Shown piece after piece: positions 48,011 through 56,118 of a stretch of DNA of 64,000 bases (positions within the stretch are counted from its first letter, which is position 1; every line of letters starts with the position of its first letter). The DNA lies in sequence record PQ657772.1. The stretch is one strand, 5' to 3'. The notes beneath the pieces are model-generated. The model was not told the origin of the DNA, made no database searches, and saw only the letters and a list, made by a program, of their open reading frames with translations. The translations under genes were made by a program, and so were the position numbers.

Positions 48011-48349
48011 TTAATACTCAATAATGTGTTCTTCATAACCATTAGGTACAGGTTTAGTTTCTTTCATTAGTACTATCATCTTATGTACTAATGGCATAGG
48101 AAACTCCAAATCCCATACTAATGATTCTTGAAAGTATTCCTCTTCAGATAAAGTACTTAAATCTTCAATGTCAATGTGTTCGTATATGTTATATTTGTAA
48201 TCAGCAAAAGATATATAAAAACCTCTTGTATTATCATAAGTAAGTGCAAATGGCTTACCTTTGTAGTCCATTACAGAGTTACATGTATGGCATTTGATGT
48301 ATGTACTTGCAAATGATTTATATACCTTGAGTTTTATATTAGTTTTCAT
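48011..48349 (-). CDS. FQxS-motif family protein (recent duplicate of 47655..47996)
   Basis: DLSTLSEEEYFQESLVWDLEFPMPLVHK. Confidence 0.8.
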   Translation of the reverse strand: MKTNIKLKVYKSFASTYIKCHTCNSVMDYKGKPFALTYDNTRGFYISFADYKYNIYEHIDIEDLSTLSEEEYFQESLVWDLEFPMPLVHKMIVLMKETKPVPNGYEEHIIEY

Positions 48350-48590
48350 ATTTCTCTTTATTAGCTTGTTTAGATTGTGTGGTTTTATAGTGAATGAAAT
48401 CTATTAATGTAATCAAGTACAACGTCAAATAGTACTCTTGTTGATCTGTACCTAATGATACAAAGAACTTGTGCTCATAGATTAAAACCTGTTTCTCTTC
48501 AAATGGACATTTAATTCTCTGTATAGGCTTAAGTAAATGATAGTACTTATTAAATCTATGATACATTTCTAGTTCTGTCAGTACTTTCAT
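48339..48590 (-). CDS. LGTNYQ-family small protein
   Basis: SLGTDQQE; start moved to MKVLTELE. Confidence 0.75.
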   Translation of the reverse strand: MKVLTELEMYHRFNKYYHLLKPIQRIKCPFEEKQVLIYEHKFFVSLGTDQQEYYLTLYLITLIDFIHYKTTQSKQANKEKYEN

Positions 48591-48591
48591 A

Positions 48592-48813
48592 TTAAACACG
48601 TACTCCATTAGCAGTAGCATCACGTAAAGCTAACAAATACTTCTGTACTGCTTGCTCTTGATGATCTGTACCTAAAAGTATATACACCCATAATTCATTG
48701 TAGTGTACATCTTCTGTATAAGGGTTGTTGTAACTTTTTGATAATATAGCATCAAATTCAGATGCATGAACCCTTGTGAACTTAAGAATATCTTGTTGTG
48801 TTATGATTCTCAT
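48592..48813 (-). CDS. LGTNYQ-family small protein
   Basis: LLGTDHQE. Confidence 0.78.
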   Translation of the reverse strand: MRIITQQDILKFTRVHASEFDAILSKSYNNPYTEDVHYNELWVYILLGTDHQEQAVQKYLLALRDATANGVRV

Positions 48814-49025
48814 ATCTTTTCCTGTACTATCTGTATAAGAATACCTATGTGTGAATTAACAGTTCTCTCTTGATGCTGTGTTCCTAAGAGTGTCAGTACT
48901 ATCATATCTGAACGCAAAAGATTTTTTTCAAGTTCACTTATATCAGTTCTTGAATCAAGTGCCATATATTTGTGATTATTCTTCCTGAATAGTGCCAAGT
49001 ACTCTTGATTTGATATTTCCTTCAT
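48810..49025 (-). CDS. LGTNYQ-family small protein
   Basis: LLGTQHQE. Confidence 0.78.
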   Translation of the reverse strand: MKEISNQEYLALFRKNNHKYMALDSRTDISELEKNLLRSDMIVLTLLGTQHQERTVNSHIGILIQIVQEKI

Positions 49026-49261
49026 AGTTTATTCCTGATGCCATTTAAAAGTGCTCTAATATGCTCCTGTACGAATTTGTACTGACTGTCTGTTCCTAGA
49101 GTGAGTAGTAATCTTAAATCTGAACTTTTGATATGATATTCTAAATCATTATTTGATTCTTGCATCAGTTTCTTAAAGGATGAGAAGTTTGCAGCCATTA
49201 GTTCAATGTATTCTGCTGTTCCTAGGGGTTTGTGTATTGGCTGTTTGTGCTGTCTGTGCAT
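49022..49261 (-). CDS. LGTNYQ-family small protein
   Basis: TLGTDSQY. Confidence 0.78.
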   Translation of the reverse strand: MHRQHKQPIHKPLGTAEYIELMAANFSSFKKLMQESNNDLEYHIKSSDLRLLLTLGTDSQYKFVQEHIRALLNGIRNKL

Positions 49262-49473
49262 TTTAATTTTATTACCCTTTTGAGTGTATTAATGTAATTA
49301 TACACATTGGCTTCTTGATAGTTAGTTCCCAGTGTAGCTTGAACATAGATTTCATTTAACTTAATAATTTTATCAGTATCTGGAAGTTTTGATGTGTTAA
49401 TGGCAAATAACTTCGAAAACAGTCCATTTATGATTGTTAGGTATTCTACTTCGGTAATGATTCGCATTTGCAT
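49222..49473 (-). CDS. LGTNYQ-family small protein
   Basis: TLGTNYQE. Confidence 0.8.
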   Translation of the reverse strand: MQMRIITEVEYLTIINGLFSKLFAINTSKLPDTDKIIKLNEIYVQATLGTNYQEANVYNYINTLKRVIKLKCTDSTNSQYTNP

Positions 49474-49679
49474 TGGATAAACCTTTTTAGTTCTTTGATG
49501 TAATCATTAATATTACATTCTTGATAGTTAGTCCCTAGGGTAGAATTAACATAGATTTCACTCATTAGAATATTTTTTTCTTCATCAGGTAAATCTGTGG
49601 TCTTTGCTATATACAATTTTAGAATTAAACTACTTAATAGTTCGTGGTATTCACTTGGTGAAAGGATTTTCATTTGCAT
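49446..49679 (-). CDS. LGTNYQ-family small protein
   Basis: TLGTNYQE. Confidence 0.8.
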   Translation of the reverse strand: MQMKILSPSEYHELLSSLILKLYIAKTTDLPDEEKNILMSEIYVNSTLGTNYQECNINDYIKELKRFIQCKCESLPK

Positions 49680-49885
49680 GTTCTCAGTACAGATTCTTTA
49701 AGTTCATCGATGTAGTCCTCAACGAATTGCTCTTGGAAGTTAGTTCCAATATATAAAAGAACTCTTAAATCTGCTCTAAGTAACTCTTTTTCATCATCAT
49801 CTATATCAGACAATGTTATGTTTAAGAATTTACTTGTATTAAAGATTAACAATTCTGTTTGTTCACTGTGGCTTAAAATTTTCAT
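49670..49885 (-). CDS. LGTNYQ-family small protein
   Basis: YIGTNFQE. Confidence 0.8.
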   Translation of the reverse strand: MKILSHSEQTELLIFNTSKFLNITLSDIDDDEKELLRADLRVLLYIGTNFQEQFVEDYIDELKESVLRTCK

Positions 49886-50093
49886 AATCTCTTTTTGCTT
49901 TCCTCGACAGTAGGTACAAATACGATTCTTCGTATTGTGCTTGGAAGTTTGTGTTTAAGAGTCGAAACAACTTCTGTTCTGCTAGAACGAGTTGCTTATC
50001 TTCATAACAACTGTAGCGTATCAACTTTTTGTATTCGATGTTGATTACATCCATTACTATAAGCCCATGTTCATCATCTGTCAAGTGCTTCAT
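49863..50093 (-). CDS. LGTNYQ-family small protein
   Basis: LLNTNFQA. Confidence 0.78.
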   Translation of the reverse strand: MKHLTDDEHGLIVMDVINIEYKKLIRYSCYEDKQLVLAEQKLFRLLNTNFQAQYEESYLYLLSRKAKRDYENFKPQ

Positions 50094-50332
50094 GCTTTTT
50101 TTCTTTTCCTGATGTGTTTAGTTAAAAGGTATATTAGTTTTCTGATGTATTCTTCCTGATAGTTTGTTCCTAGGAGTGCAAGAAGTTTTGCTTCAACTAA
50201 AGCTAATTGACGTTCTTCGAATGTGTGTTCCAGTATGTACTTTGGGTTTGATTTTTTAGATATTGCACTATTAGTTTTCATTACAATCTTATGATATTCA
50301 TTAACTGTTAGGATTTTTAAATTCTTGAGCAT
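50090..50332 (-). CDS. LGTNYQ-family small protein
   Basis: LLGTNYQE. Confidence 0.8.
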   Translation of the reverse strand: MLKNLKILTVNEYHKIVMKTNSAISKKSNPKYILEHTFEERQLALVEAKLLALLGTNYQEEYIRKLIYLLTKHIRKRKKA

Positions 50333-50558
50333 GTACCTTTTCCTTTATAGAGAATTTAAGATATCGAAGCATACTTTCAATGTAATACTCTTGTCTGTCA
50401 GTTCCAAGAAAGTACAGGAGTTGAATGTATAAAACTTCTGCACTCCTTTCGGCATGTGACTTGTTTGTGTCGTTTGGAAGTTGATTTGTAAGTTTTCTGG
50501 ATTTAATTAATCGTTCTTTTAACTCATCGTCTGTTAAGTATTTCATTTCATTTTGCAT
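50301..50558 (-). CDS. LGTNYQ-family small protein
   Basis: FLGTDRQE. Confidence 0.8.
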   Translation of the reverse strand: MQNEMKYLTDDELKERLIKSRKLTNQLPNDTNKSHAERSAEVLYIQLLYFLGTDRQEYYIESMLRYLKFSIKEKVHAQEFKNPNS

Positions 50559-50778
50559 TTACTTTTTCCTTAATACTCATTACAAGATGTTCAATCATAT
50601 TTTGAACCATAAATTCTTGTTTATCAGTTCCAAGAACGTATGGTAGCTTCTGAAACAATACATTCGCAGACATTTCATATATTGATTGATTTGGAACGAA
50701 CTTAAGAGTAATGTTATTGGCTTTTAACATCTTCTCTTGAAATTCTTCATTCGTTAAGTATATCATTTCACTTTGCAT
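50548..50778 (-). CDS. LGTNYQ-family small protein
   Basis: VLGTDKQE. Confidence 0.8.
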   Translation of the reverse strand: MQSEMIYLTNEEFQEKMLKANNITLKFVPNQSIYEMSANVLFQKLPYVLGTDKQEFMVQNMIEHLVMSIKEKVNAK

Positions 50779-51004
50779 TTACTTTTTCCATAATAGTAAT
50801 TTTGAGATATTTAATTATACGTTCAACATGATACTCTTGCCTATCAGTTCCAAGAAGGTATGGTAATCTTTGGAATAAAACTTCTGCACTCCTTTCCGCT
50901 GGGGTTTGGTTTGGGTTGTGAGGAAGTTGATTTGTAAGTCTTTTGGATTTATCTAGTCTTTCTGTTAACTCATCATGTGTTAAGTATATCATTTCATTTT
51001 GCAT
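50768..51004 (-). CDS. LGTNYQ-family small protein
   Basis: LLGTDRQE. Confidence 0.8.
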   Translation of the reverse strand: MQNEMIYLTHDELTERLDKSKRLTNQLPHNPNQTPAERSAEVLFQRLPYLLGTDRQEYHVERIIKYLKITIMEKVNAK

Positions 51005-51240
51005 TTAATGTTTCTTACATAAATTGTCTGGATTAAACAATCAATCCAAGTTTGAATATATTGGTTTTGATACTGTGTGCCTAAGAGACTCTGCATTTTA
51101 AACTCTGCTTCAAGTTCATATCTCTTTTCTATAGAAAAGCTCAAATGACCATATTCTTTATCGTATCTTCTCAGTGCTTCCCCAATTCTATCAAATCTTT
51201 CTGCTAATCTGATGTTATTCACAATATTCATCGCATTCAT
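50989..51240 (-). CDS. LGTNYQ-family small protein
   Basis: LLGTQYQN. Confidence 0.8.
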   Translation of the reverse strand: MNAMNIVNNIRLAERFDRIGEALRRYDKEYGHLSFSIEKRYELEAEFKMQSLLGTQYQNQYIQTWIDCLIQTIYVRNIKCKMK

Positions 51241-51494
51241 CGATCAGTACACCTCAGTGGTTGGGTCATTTGATGAAAGTACAGCTTACCTTTGATTTCC
51301 AATAGTAACTCAGCAATTAATCGATTTACTTCTGGCTCTTGATAGTTTGTTCCCAATAATACACCCATCTTTAACTCACGCATCATAATCATTTTCTTAC
51401 TGTGTTGAATTTCTGGGTTGTGATAGATTGTATTACGTTTGTGCGTAATTTTTATCATACGCTCGGTATATTCATCTTTACTTAAATTGATCAT
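51237..51494 (-). CDS. LGTNYQ-family small protein
   Basis: LLGTNYQE. Confidence 0.8.
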   Translation of the reverse strand: MINLSKDEYTERMIKITHKRNTIYHNPEIQHSKKMIMMRELKMGVLLGTNYQEPEVNRLIAELLLEIKGKLYFHQMTQPLRCTDR

Positions 51495-51727
51495 TTTTTA
51501 TTCTCCAAAGCATCGCATTTATTTTCGATACAATTCATGAGTTCTCTAAGATAGTTTTTTACCTTACCTGCCTGATAGTTCGTCCCCAGGAAGTTGCATA
51601 ACTCTGCTTCTATCATTTTGATTCTTCTGTTATCAGGTTTCAATTTTTTGTTATTGAAGATTTGAATCCTTATATCCCTTGATGCATTTAAACGTTTTTG
51701 ATAATCATGGTAAGATAAATGAATCAT
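51491..51727 (-). CDS. LGTNYQ-family small protein
   Basis: FLGTNYQA. Confidence 0.8.
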   Translation of the reverse strand: MIHLSYHDYQKRLNASRDIRIQIFNNKKLKPDNRRIKMIEAELCNFLGTNYQAGKVKNYLRELMNCIENKCDALENKK

Positions 51728-51951
51728 TTACTTTGTATCTCTCTCTTGAGGGCATCAATTAACAACAGTACAGCATTCTCTTGATAGTTTGTTCCTAAGA
51801 CTGAAAGCATCTTAATCTCATTTACTACAATCAACTTCTTTGAGCGTTCAATAATGTTACTATTATAAACGGCGTTACGTGCTGGATAAGTTTTTGCAAG
51901 ACGTTCATAATATTCATCTTTACTTAAATTAATCATTTGCATTTCTCGCAC
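51724..51951 (-). CDS. LGTNYQ-family small protein
   Basis: VLGTNYQE. Confidence 0.8.
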   Translation of the reverse strand: MREMQMINLSKDEYYERLAKTYPARNAVYNSNIIERSKKLIVVNEIKMLSVLGTNYQENAVLLLIDALKREIQSK

Positions 51952-52177
51952 GTTTACTTAGTTTACTTCCAATGTATTTCTTAAGTGTAATTATATATTC
52001 CTCTACATAATACTCCTGATAGTTAGTTCCTAAGAATGCACATAGCTTTGTCTCACGCTTCATAATCATCTTATTTTCGTGTTTGTTTACTTCACCGAAA
52101 TGGATTTCATTAAGTTTAGGTAAGATTTTTGCTTGGCGTTCTTTATATTCAGATTTACTTAAATTAATCATTTGCAT
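51929..52177 (-). CDS. LGTNYQ-family small protein
   Basis: FLGTNYQE. Confidence 0.8.
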   Translation of the reverse strand: MQMINLSKSEYKERQAKILPKLNEIHFGEVNKHENKMIMKRETKLCAFLGTNYQEYYVEEYIITLKKYIGSKLSKRARNAND

Positions 52178-52386
52178 TTACTTTGGATCTCCTTGACTAA
52201 TGCATCAACCCACATGTCTATATACATTTGTTGATAGTTTGTCCCTATGAGTGCCCCTGCATAGAGTTCAGCTATCAATGCATGTTTTAGGTTGGCAGGG
52301 ATGCTCTTATCAGATTGAATCTTTACTCTTCTGTTGGCACATGTTTTCAGGAGTCTGATGTATTCAAAGCCTTGTAATTTTCTCAT
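52168..52386 (-). CDS. LGTNYQ-family small protein
   Basis: LIGTNYQQ. Confidence 0.8.
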   Translation of the reverse strand: MRKLQGFEYIRLLKTCANRRVKIQSDKSIPANLKHALIAELYAGALIGTNYQQMYIDMWVDALVKEIQSKCK

Positions 52387-52598
52387 TCTTTTGATATCAC
52401 CTTGTTACGTAAGGCACTTAACAATACGTCAGTGTAGATGTTTTGATAGTTTGTTCCTACGAATGCACCCAACTTCATTTCAGCTATTATAACACATTTA
52501 TCCTCTTGTGCAATAGACTTGTCTAAAGAAATACTAACAACTTTCCTTCTTATAGCTTGTAACCTCCAATGATACTGATACTCATTTAGGGTTATCAT
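52383..52598 (-). CDS. LGTNYQ-family small protein
   Basis: FVGTNYQN. Confidence 0.8.
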   Translation of the reverse strand: MITLNEYQYHWRLQAIRRKVVSISLDKSIAQEDKCVIIAEMKLGAFVGTNYQNIYTDVLLSALRNKVISKE

Positions 52599-52833
52599 TC
52601 TCTCGCCTCCATATCTCGGTTCTAATGTGTTGACATTGTGCTTCGATGAACATATCTATTGATTTGGCAATTGCGTTTTTATCTGTGCCTGTCATCAGTA
52701 CAAGCATCTCGGCCTCACAGTGAAGTAAACGCATGATATCATAGGGTAATATTCCAGATACCGTGTCATAGTGTTTCTGTGCCAGTGTCTGCAATAGTTT
52801 ACAATACATTTTGTGATTTAGTCTGTGTCGCAT
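52582..52833 (-). CDS. LGTNYQ-family small protein (divergent)
   Basis: LMTGTDKN. Confidence 0.65.
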   Translation of the reverse strand: MRHRLNHKMYCKLLQTLAQKHYDTVSGILPYDIMRLLHCEAEMLVLMTGTDKNAIAKSIDMFIEAQCQHIRTEIWRRENDNPK

Positions 52834-53090
52834 TGTTTATTCCATTCTTTTTTGGCTCTCTGGGTTTTATATTGGATTTGGTTTCTTAATGCTGATAAGT
52901 ATCGTTGAATGAACAGATCTTGATAGTTTGTTCCAATGAATTTCATAAGATAAAGTTCACCGTTGATAACATCCACTTCAGGTGCACCATATAAGGCATT
53001 GTTTTTTCTAAGGGCATGGATTAAAGAGAATAGGGCAGTTTGATACTCAACTCCTGATAAAGTCTTCATGTTTTGTGAGCAAATAATCAT
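52818..53090 (-). CDS. LGTNYQ-family small protein
   Basis: FIGTNYQD. Confidence 0.8.
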   Translation of the reverse strand: MIICSQNMKTLSGVEYQTALFSLIHALRKNNALYGAPEVDVINGELYLMKFIGTNYQDLFIQRYLSALRNQIQYKTQRAKKEWNKQCDTD

Positions 53091-53304
53091 CTAGTTTATC
53101 CTGTATAACATTCGTTAATTGTTCGATATATTCTGTGCAAAACTTATCTTGATATTGAGTCCCCATAAAGTACAGCAACCATAGCTCATTAACTTTAGCT
53201 CGCATTTGGTTCCATGTAAGGCTGGGGTCATCGTAGACTATCCTTGCTATAGGGGTTAGTTTACGGACTATAGTTTCATATTCATCTAGTGTTAAGTGTT
53301 TCAT
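53047..53304 (-). CDS. LGTNYQ-family small protein
   Basis: FMGTQYQD. Confidence 0.8.
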   Translation of the reverse strand: MKHLTLDEYETIVRKLTPIARIVYDDPSLTWNQMRAKVNELWLLYFMGTQYQDKFCTEYIEQLTNVIQDKLDDYLLTKHEDFIRS

Positions 53305-53525
53305 TTACCTAAATCCCTGACATGACATTTTAAGGCCGTGATGTGGTTGTCAACCATAACCTCCTGATAGTTTGTTCCTACAAATGGTATTAATGTTGAG
53401 TCTGTTAGTATAACATACTTTTCATTGGATGTTAGTGATTCATCATCGTAAACTTGAAGTCTAAAGTTCTTCCCTTGTTCTAATCGTTTAAGATATTCTT
53501 GGGTGTTTATGTCTTTCATTTGCAT
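53301..53525 (-). CDS. LGTNYQ-family small protein
   Basis: FVGTNYQE. Confidence 0.8.
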   Translation of the reverse strand: MQMKDINTQEYLKRLEQGKNFRLQVYDDESLTSNEKYVILTDSTLIPFVGTNYQEVMVDNHITALKCHVRDLGK

Positions 53526-53734
53526 TTGTCCCTTATTAAATCAGTGAGGGCAACTATGTGTGCAACAACATACTCTTCCTGAAAGTTCGTCCCCAGTACA
53601 GCCATCATGCGTATATCGGTGGTGTTTATCCTGTGTTCCCTTACACATAAACCTTCTGTGTGAGGAAGTGTAAAATATTTGTTTATTGCAGCAATGATAA
53701 TTTTATTCTTCTCGGAATTACTTAAATGTTTCAT
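53516..53734 (-). CDS. LGTNYQ-family small protein
   Basis: VLGTNFQE. Confidence 0.8.
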   Translation of the reverse strand: MKHLSNSEKNKIIIAAINKYFTLPHTEGLCVREHRINTTDIRMMAVLGTNFQEEYVVAHIVALTDLIRDKCK

Positions 53735-53943
53735 AGTTTGCTCTTAATGTATTTCTGGAGTGCAATTATATACTCATTCAAGAAGTGCTCCTGATAATCT
53801 GTGCCGAGGAATGCACCCAATAGTATATCATTTTCCAATACTAATGCTAAGTTCAAATCATCAGTCTCTTCATATACTATGAGAATTTCAAGTTGTCTTG
53901 CAGCGACGCGTTCGGTATATAGATTTGAGTTAATGCTATTCAT
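53731..53943 (-). CDS. LGTNYQ-family small protein
   Basis: FLGTDYQE. Confidence 0.8.
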   Translation of the reverse strand: MNSINSNLYTERVAARQLEILIVYEETDDLNLALVLENDILLGAFLGTDYQEHFLNEYIIALQKYIKSKL

Positions 53944-54152
53944 AGTTTACTCTTAATGTAATTCTGGAGTGCAATTAAGTATTCCCCTACATAATACACC
54001 TGAAAGTCTGTATCCAAAAATGCACCCATAAGTAAATCTTTTTCTAATACCCTTGATAAGTTAAGGTCTGCATTTGAATTGTATATAATTAAGATTTTAT
54101 TCTGGACAGAAACAAAACGTATCTTATATTCTTCTGGTGTTAAAAAAATCAT
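53940..54152 (-). CDS. LGTNYQ-family small protein
   Basis: FLDTDFQV. Confidence 0.78.
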   Translation of the reverse strand: MIFLTPEEYKIRFVSVQNKILIIYNSNADLNLSRVLEKDLLMGAFLDTDFQVYYVGEYLIALQNYIKSKL

Positions 54153-54358
54153 AGTTTACTCTTAATATCTTCTATTAAAAAATGAATCCAATCGTCAACA
54201 TACTCTTCCTGATGGTTTGTGTTCAGTACAGCCAACATGCGGATCTCTGCTCTTGCAACTTGGATTTCAGTTTTAGAAAGGTCTTTGCTGATATCAAACA
54301 TTAAGTCCATGTATTTCAAGATAAGACCGAATGATTGGGTTCGTGTTATAGTTTTCAT
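54149..54358 (-). CDS. LGTNYQ-family small protein
   Basis: VLNTNHQE. Confidence 0.78.
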   Translation of the reverse strand: MKTITRTQSFGLILKYMDLMFDISKDLSKTEIQVARAEIRMLAVLNTNHQEEYVDDWIHFLIEDIKSKL

Positions 54359-54555
54359 TGTTTCCTCGTGGACAATATTTCATTTTTCAATGCATCCATA
54401 TATTGAATCACCCATCTTCCCTGATAGCTTGTACCCAATGTAATCAAAAGGTATAACTCAATTCGTTCTAAGTTTGTGTCTGTGTTATAAATCTTTACCA
54501 TGTTTTTACGTAACAGTTCTTGATAATCTTCTTTATTTAAAATACGCATTTTCAT
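54355..54555 (-). CDS. LGTNYQ-family small protein
   Basis: TLGTSYQG. Confidence 0.78.
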   Translation of the reverse strand: MKMRILNKEDYQELLRKNMVKIYNTDTNLERIELYLLITLGTSYQGRWVIQYMDALKNEILSTRKQ

Positions 54556-54749
54556 AGTCTACCTTTTATGTCCCTTCGTAATTCTTGTAAGTATAGTTCG
54601 ATATACTTTTCTTGATAGTTAGTTCCTATGAAAAGTTTCATAACCAATTCACGCTTATATGCAATACCACGGATATGTGACATATGTAGGATATATGCCA
54701 TGTTGGATATGAGTGTGTGGTTGTGCTCTTCTTGAGTTAAAATACGCAT
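54552..54749 (-). CDS. LGTNYQ-family small protein (first gene of array)
   Basis: FIGTNYQE; GGAG RBS. Confidence 0.8.
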   Translation of the reverse strand: MRILTQEEHNHTLISNMAYILHMSHIRGIAYKRELVMKLFIGTNYQEKYIELYLQELRRDIKGRL

Positions 54750-54779
54750 AGGGACTCCATTAAAAATAATATCAATCCA

Positions 54780-54807
54780 ATAATATACGATTCATATAAA
54801 AAGTCAA
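54780..54807 (-). promoter_or_regulatory. Promoter driving the LGTNYQ array
   Basis: TTGACT-16 nt-TATTAT about 30 nt upstream of the first ATG. Confidence 0.65.
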
Positions 54808-54998
54808 TAACATTTTATAAGTAATACCCCTTTATCGAAGTCGCTAAGGTTACCCGCCCTTTAGCCCCCTACGCATTTTGCCATAGTCCAATCCCTTTTT
54901 ATTCATAAAAGTCAAGGGATTACCTATGCATTTTTTTAACGCTGAAGTTTAAAAATGCCTTGACTTTTTTATGATTCAGTACTAAATCCTTTTACGCA

Positions 54999-55208
54999 TT
55001 AATCCTTCGTTACGCTTACGATTATCTGTGTATCCCCATAGTCCTGCCATACTTCCACGCCAGCCGTCGCCCTGGTTAGTCGTGCTGTCATCTGCTTAAT
55101 GGTCTTAGGCTTTAGTGGAACCTGTTGCAGTACTGTACGCATAGCACCATCGACGTTATCATGTACGCCTGCAATAGTGCCTAGAACGTTGTATACTGTA
55201 TAGATCAT
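54999..55208 (-). CDS. Early-region hypothetical protein
   Basis: AGGAG RBS preceded by hairpin AGGCCGCT-CTCT-AGCGGCCT. Confidence 0.75.
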   Translation of the reverse strand: MIYTVYNVLGTIAGVHDNVDGAMRTVLQQVPLKPKTIKQMTARLTRATAGVEVWQDYGDTQIIVSVTKD

Positions 55209-55276
55209 GTGTATGTACTCCTGATATAGTTAAGGCCGCTAGAGAGCGGCCTATGATGTTTGATGATGTGTAACGC

Positions 55277-55678
55277 TTACAACCCTAAGATAGTGCGTGC
55301 TTCGTTACGTTCCGTACACAGCTGCATGATGTGAGCAAGTAAGTCCTTGCTAATGTATCCGGTGTTCATAGCTTCACGAATAGATACATCATAAGCACCG
55401 AACCCAGTGCGAACGATACGCACATCATTCAGGTTAGTATTATAGATACCGCCGAGATCAACGGCTTCGAATACTACATCAACAGAATATTCATTGTTGC
55501 CATCGTGGAAGTTTTCCAGTGCAATAGTATTGGAAACCGCCCAACGTTTGCAGTTTCCAATGATGCGGCACTGTTCCGGTTGGATAGTGCCATTACTTAC
55601 AGCGTACTCCAGTGCATCTTTACCAAAAGTCCGAGCCAGTACTAAAACGTCAGCGAAGGAAGTGATTGAGAAGGTCAT
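55277..55678 (-). CDS. Early-region hypothetical protein
   Basis: AAGGAG RBS; start moved to MTFSITSF. Confidence 0.78.
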   Translation of the reverse strand: MTFSITSFADVLVLARTFGKDALEYAVSNGTIQPEQCRIIGNCKRWAVSNTIALENFHDGNNEYSVDVVFEAVDLGGIYNTNLNDVRIVRTGFGAYDVSIREAMNTGYISKDLLAHIMQLCTERNEARTILGL

Positions 55679-55698
55679 GATAAAACTCCTTAATTTAG

Positions 55699-55760
55699 GA
55701 GGGAGAACCATTTCCCCCTCTCTATGTAAAACATTATACATGAATCTAAGTACTATGCAA
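55699..55760 (-). promoter_or_regulatory. Early promoter + stem-loop cassette
   Basis: TTGCAT-16-TATAAT, hairpin GAGGGGGAAATGGTTCTCCCTC. Confidence 0.78.
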
Positions 55761-55767
55761 GTACTTT

Positions 55768-56100
55768 TTACATTTTGATACCTGGATTCAGGTAGCGGTG
55801 AGATCCATATTCTGGATCGGTTTCGGTCCAGTACTGTAAATCTATAGTACCTTTAGCGTTAATCTTATCTACCAGCTTATTCATCTTAGCGTATACTACA
55901 TCAGCATCGATGCGTTTAAAGCCAGTGGCTTTAGTGAAGTAGTAGTGATTTGCTTCACTATCATTCAGGATGTACCGAGAACCGTTTGCCGTTTGTGCGA
56001 TAATGATTGAGTATTCTACGTTACGGTCGAGGCCGTCGATGAATACAGAGGAAACATTAGTACGGATGAAAGCTTTAACGATAGCGATTGAAGTAGTCAT
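55768..56100 (-). CDS. Early-region hypothetical protein
   Basis: AGGAG RBS; C-terminal IDLQYWTETDPEYGS. Confidence 0.78.
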   Translation of the reverse strand: MTTSIAIVKAFIRTNVSSVFIDGLDRNVEYSIIIAQTANGSRYILNDSEANHYYFTKATGFKRIDADVVYAKMNKLVDKINAKGTIDLQYWTETDPEYGSHRYLNPGIKM

Positions 56101-56118
56101 TTTGAATCTCCTAACTTT

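Noticed and set aside
18426-54749. Diversity-generating retroelement as the source of paralogue variation
   Set aside because: No reverse transcriptase and no template/variable repeat pair differing only at adenines in this window
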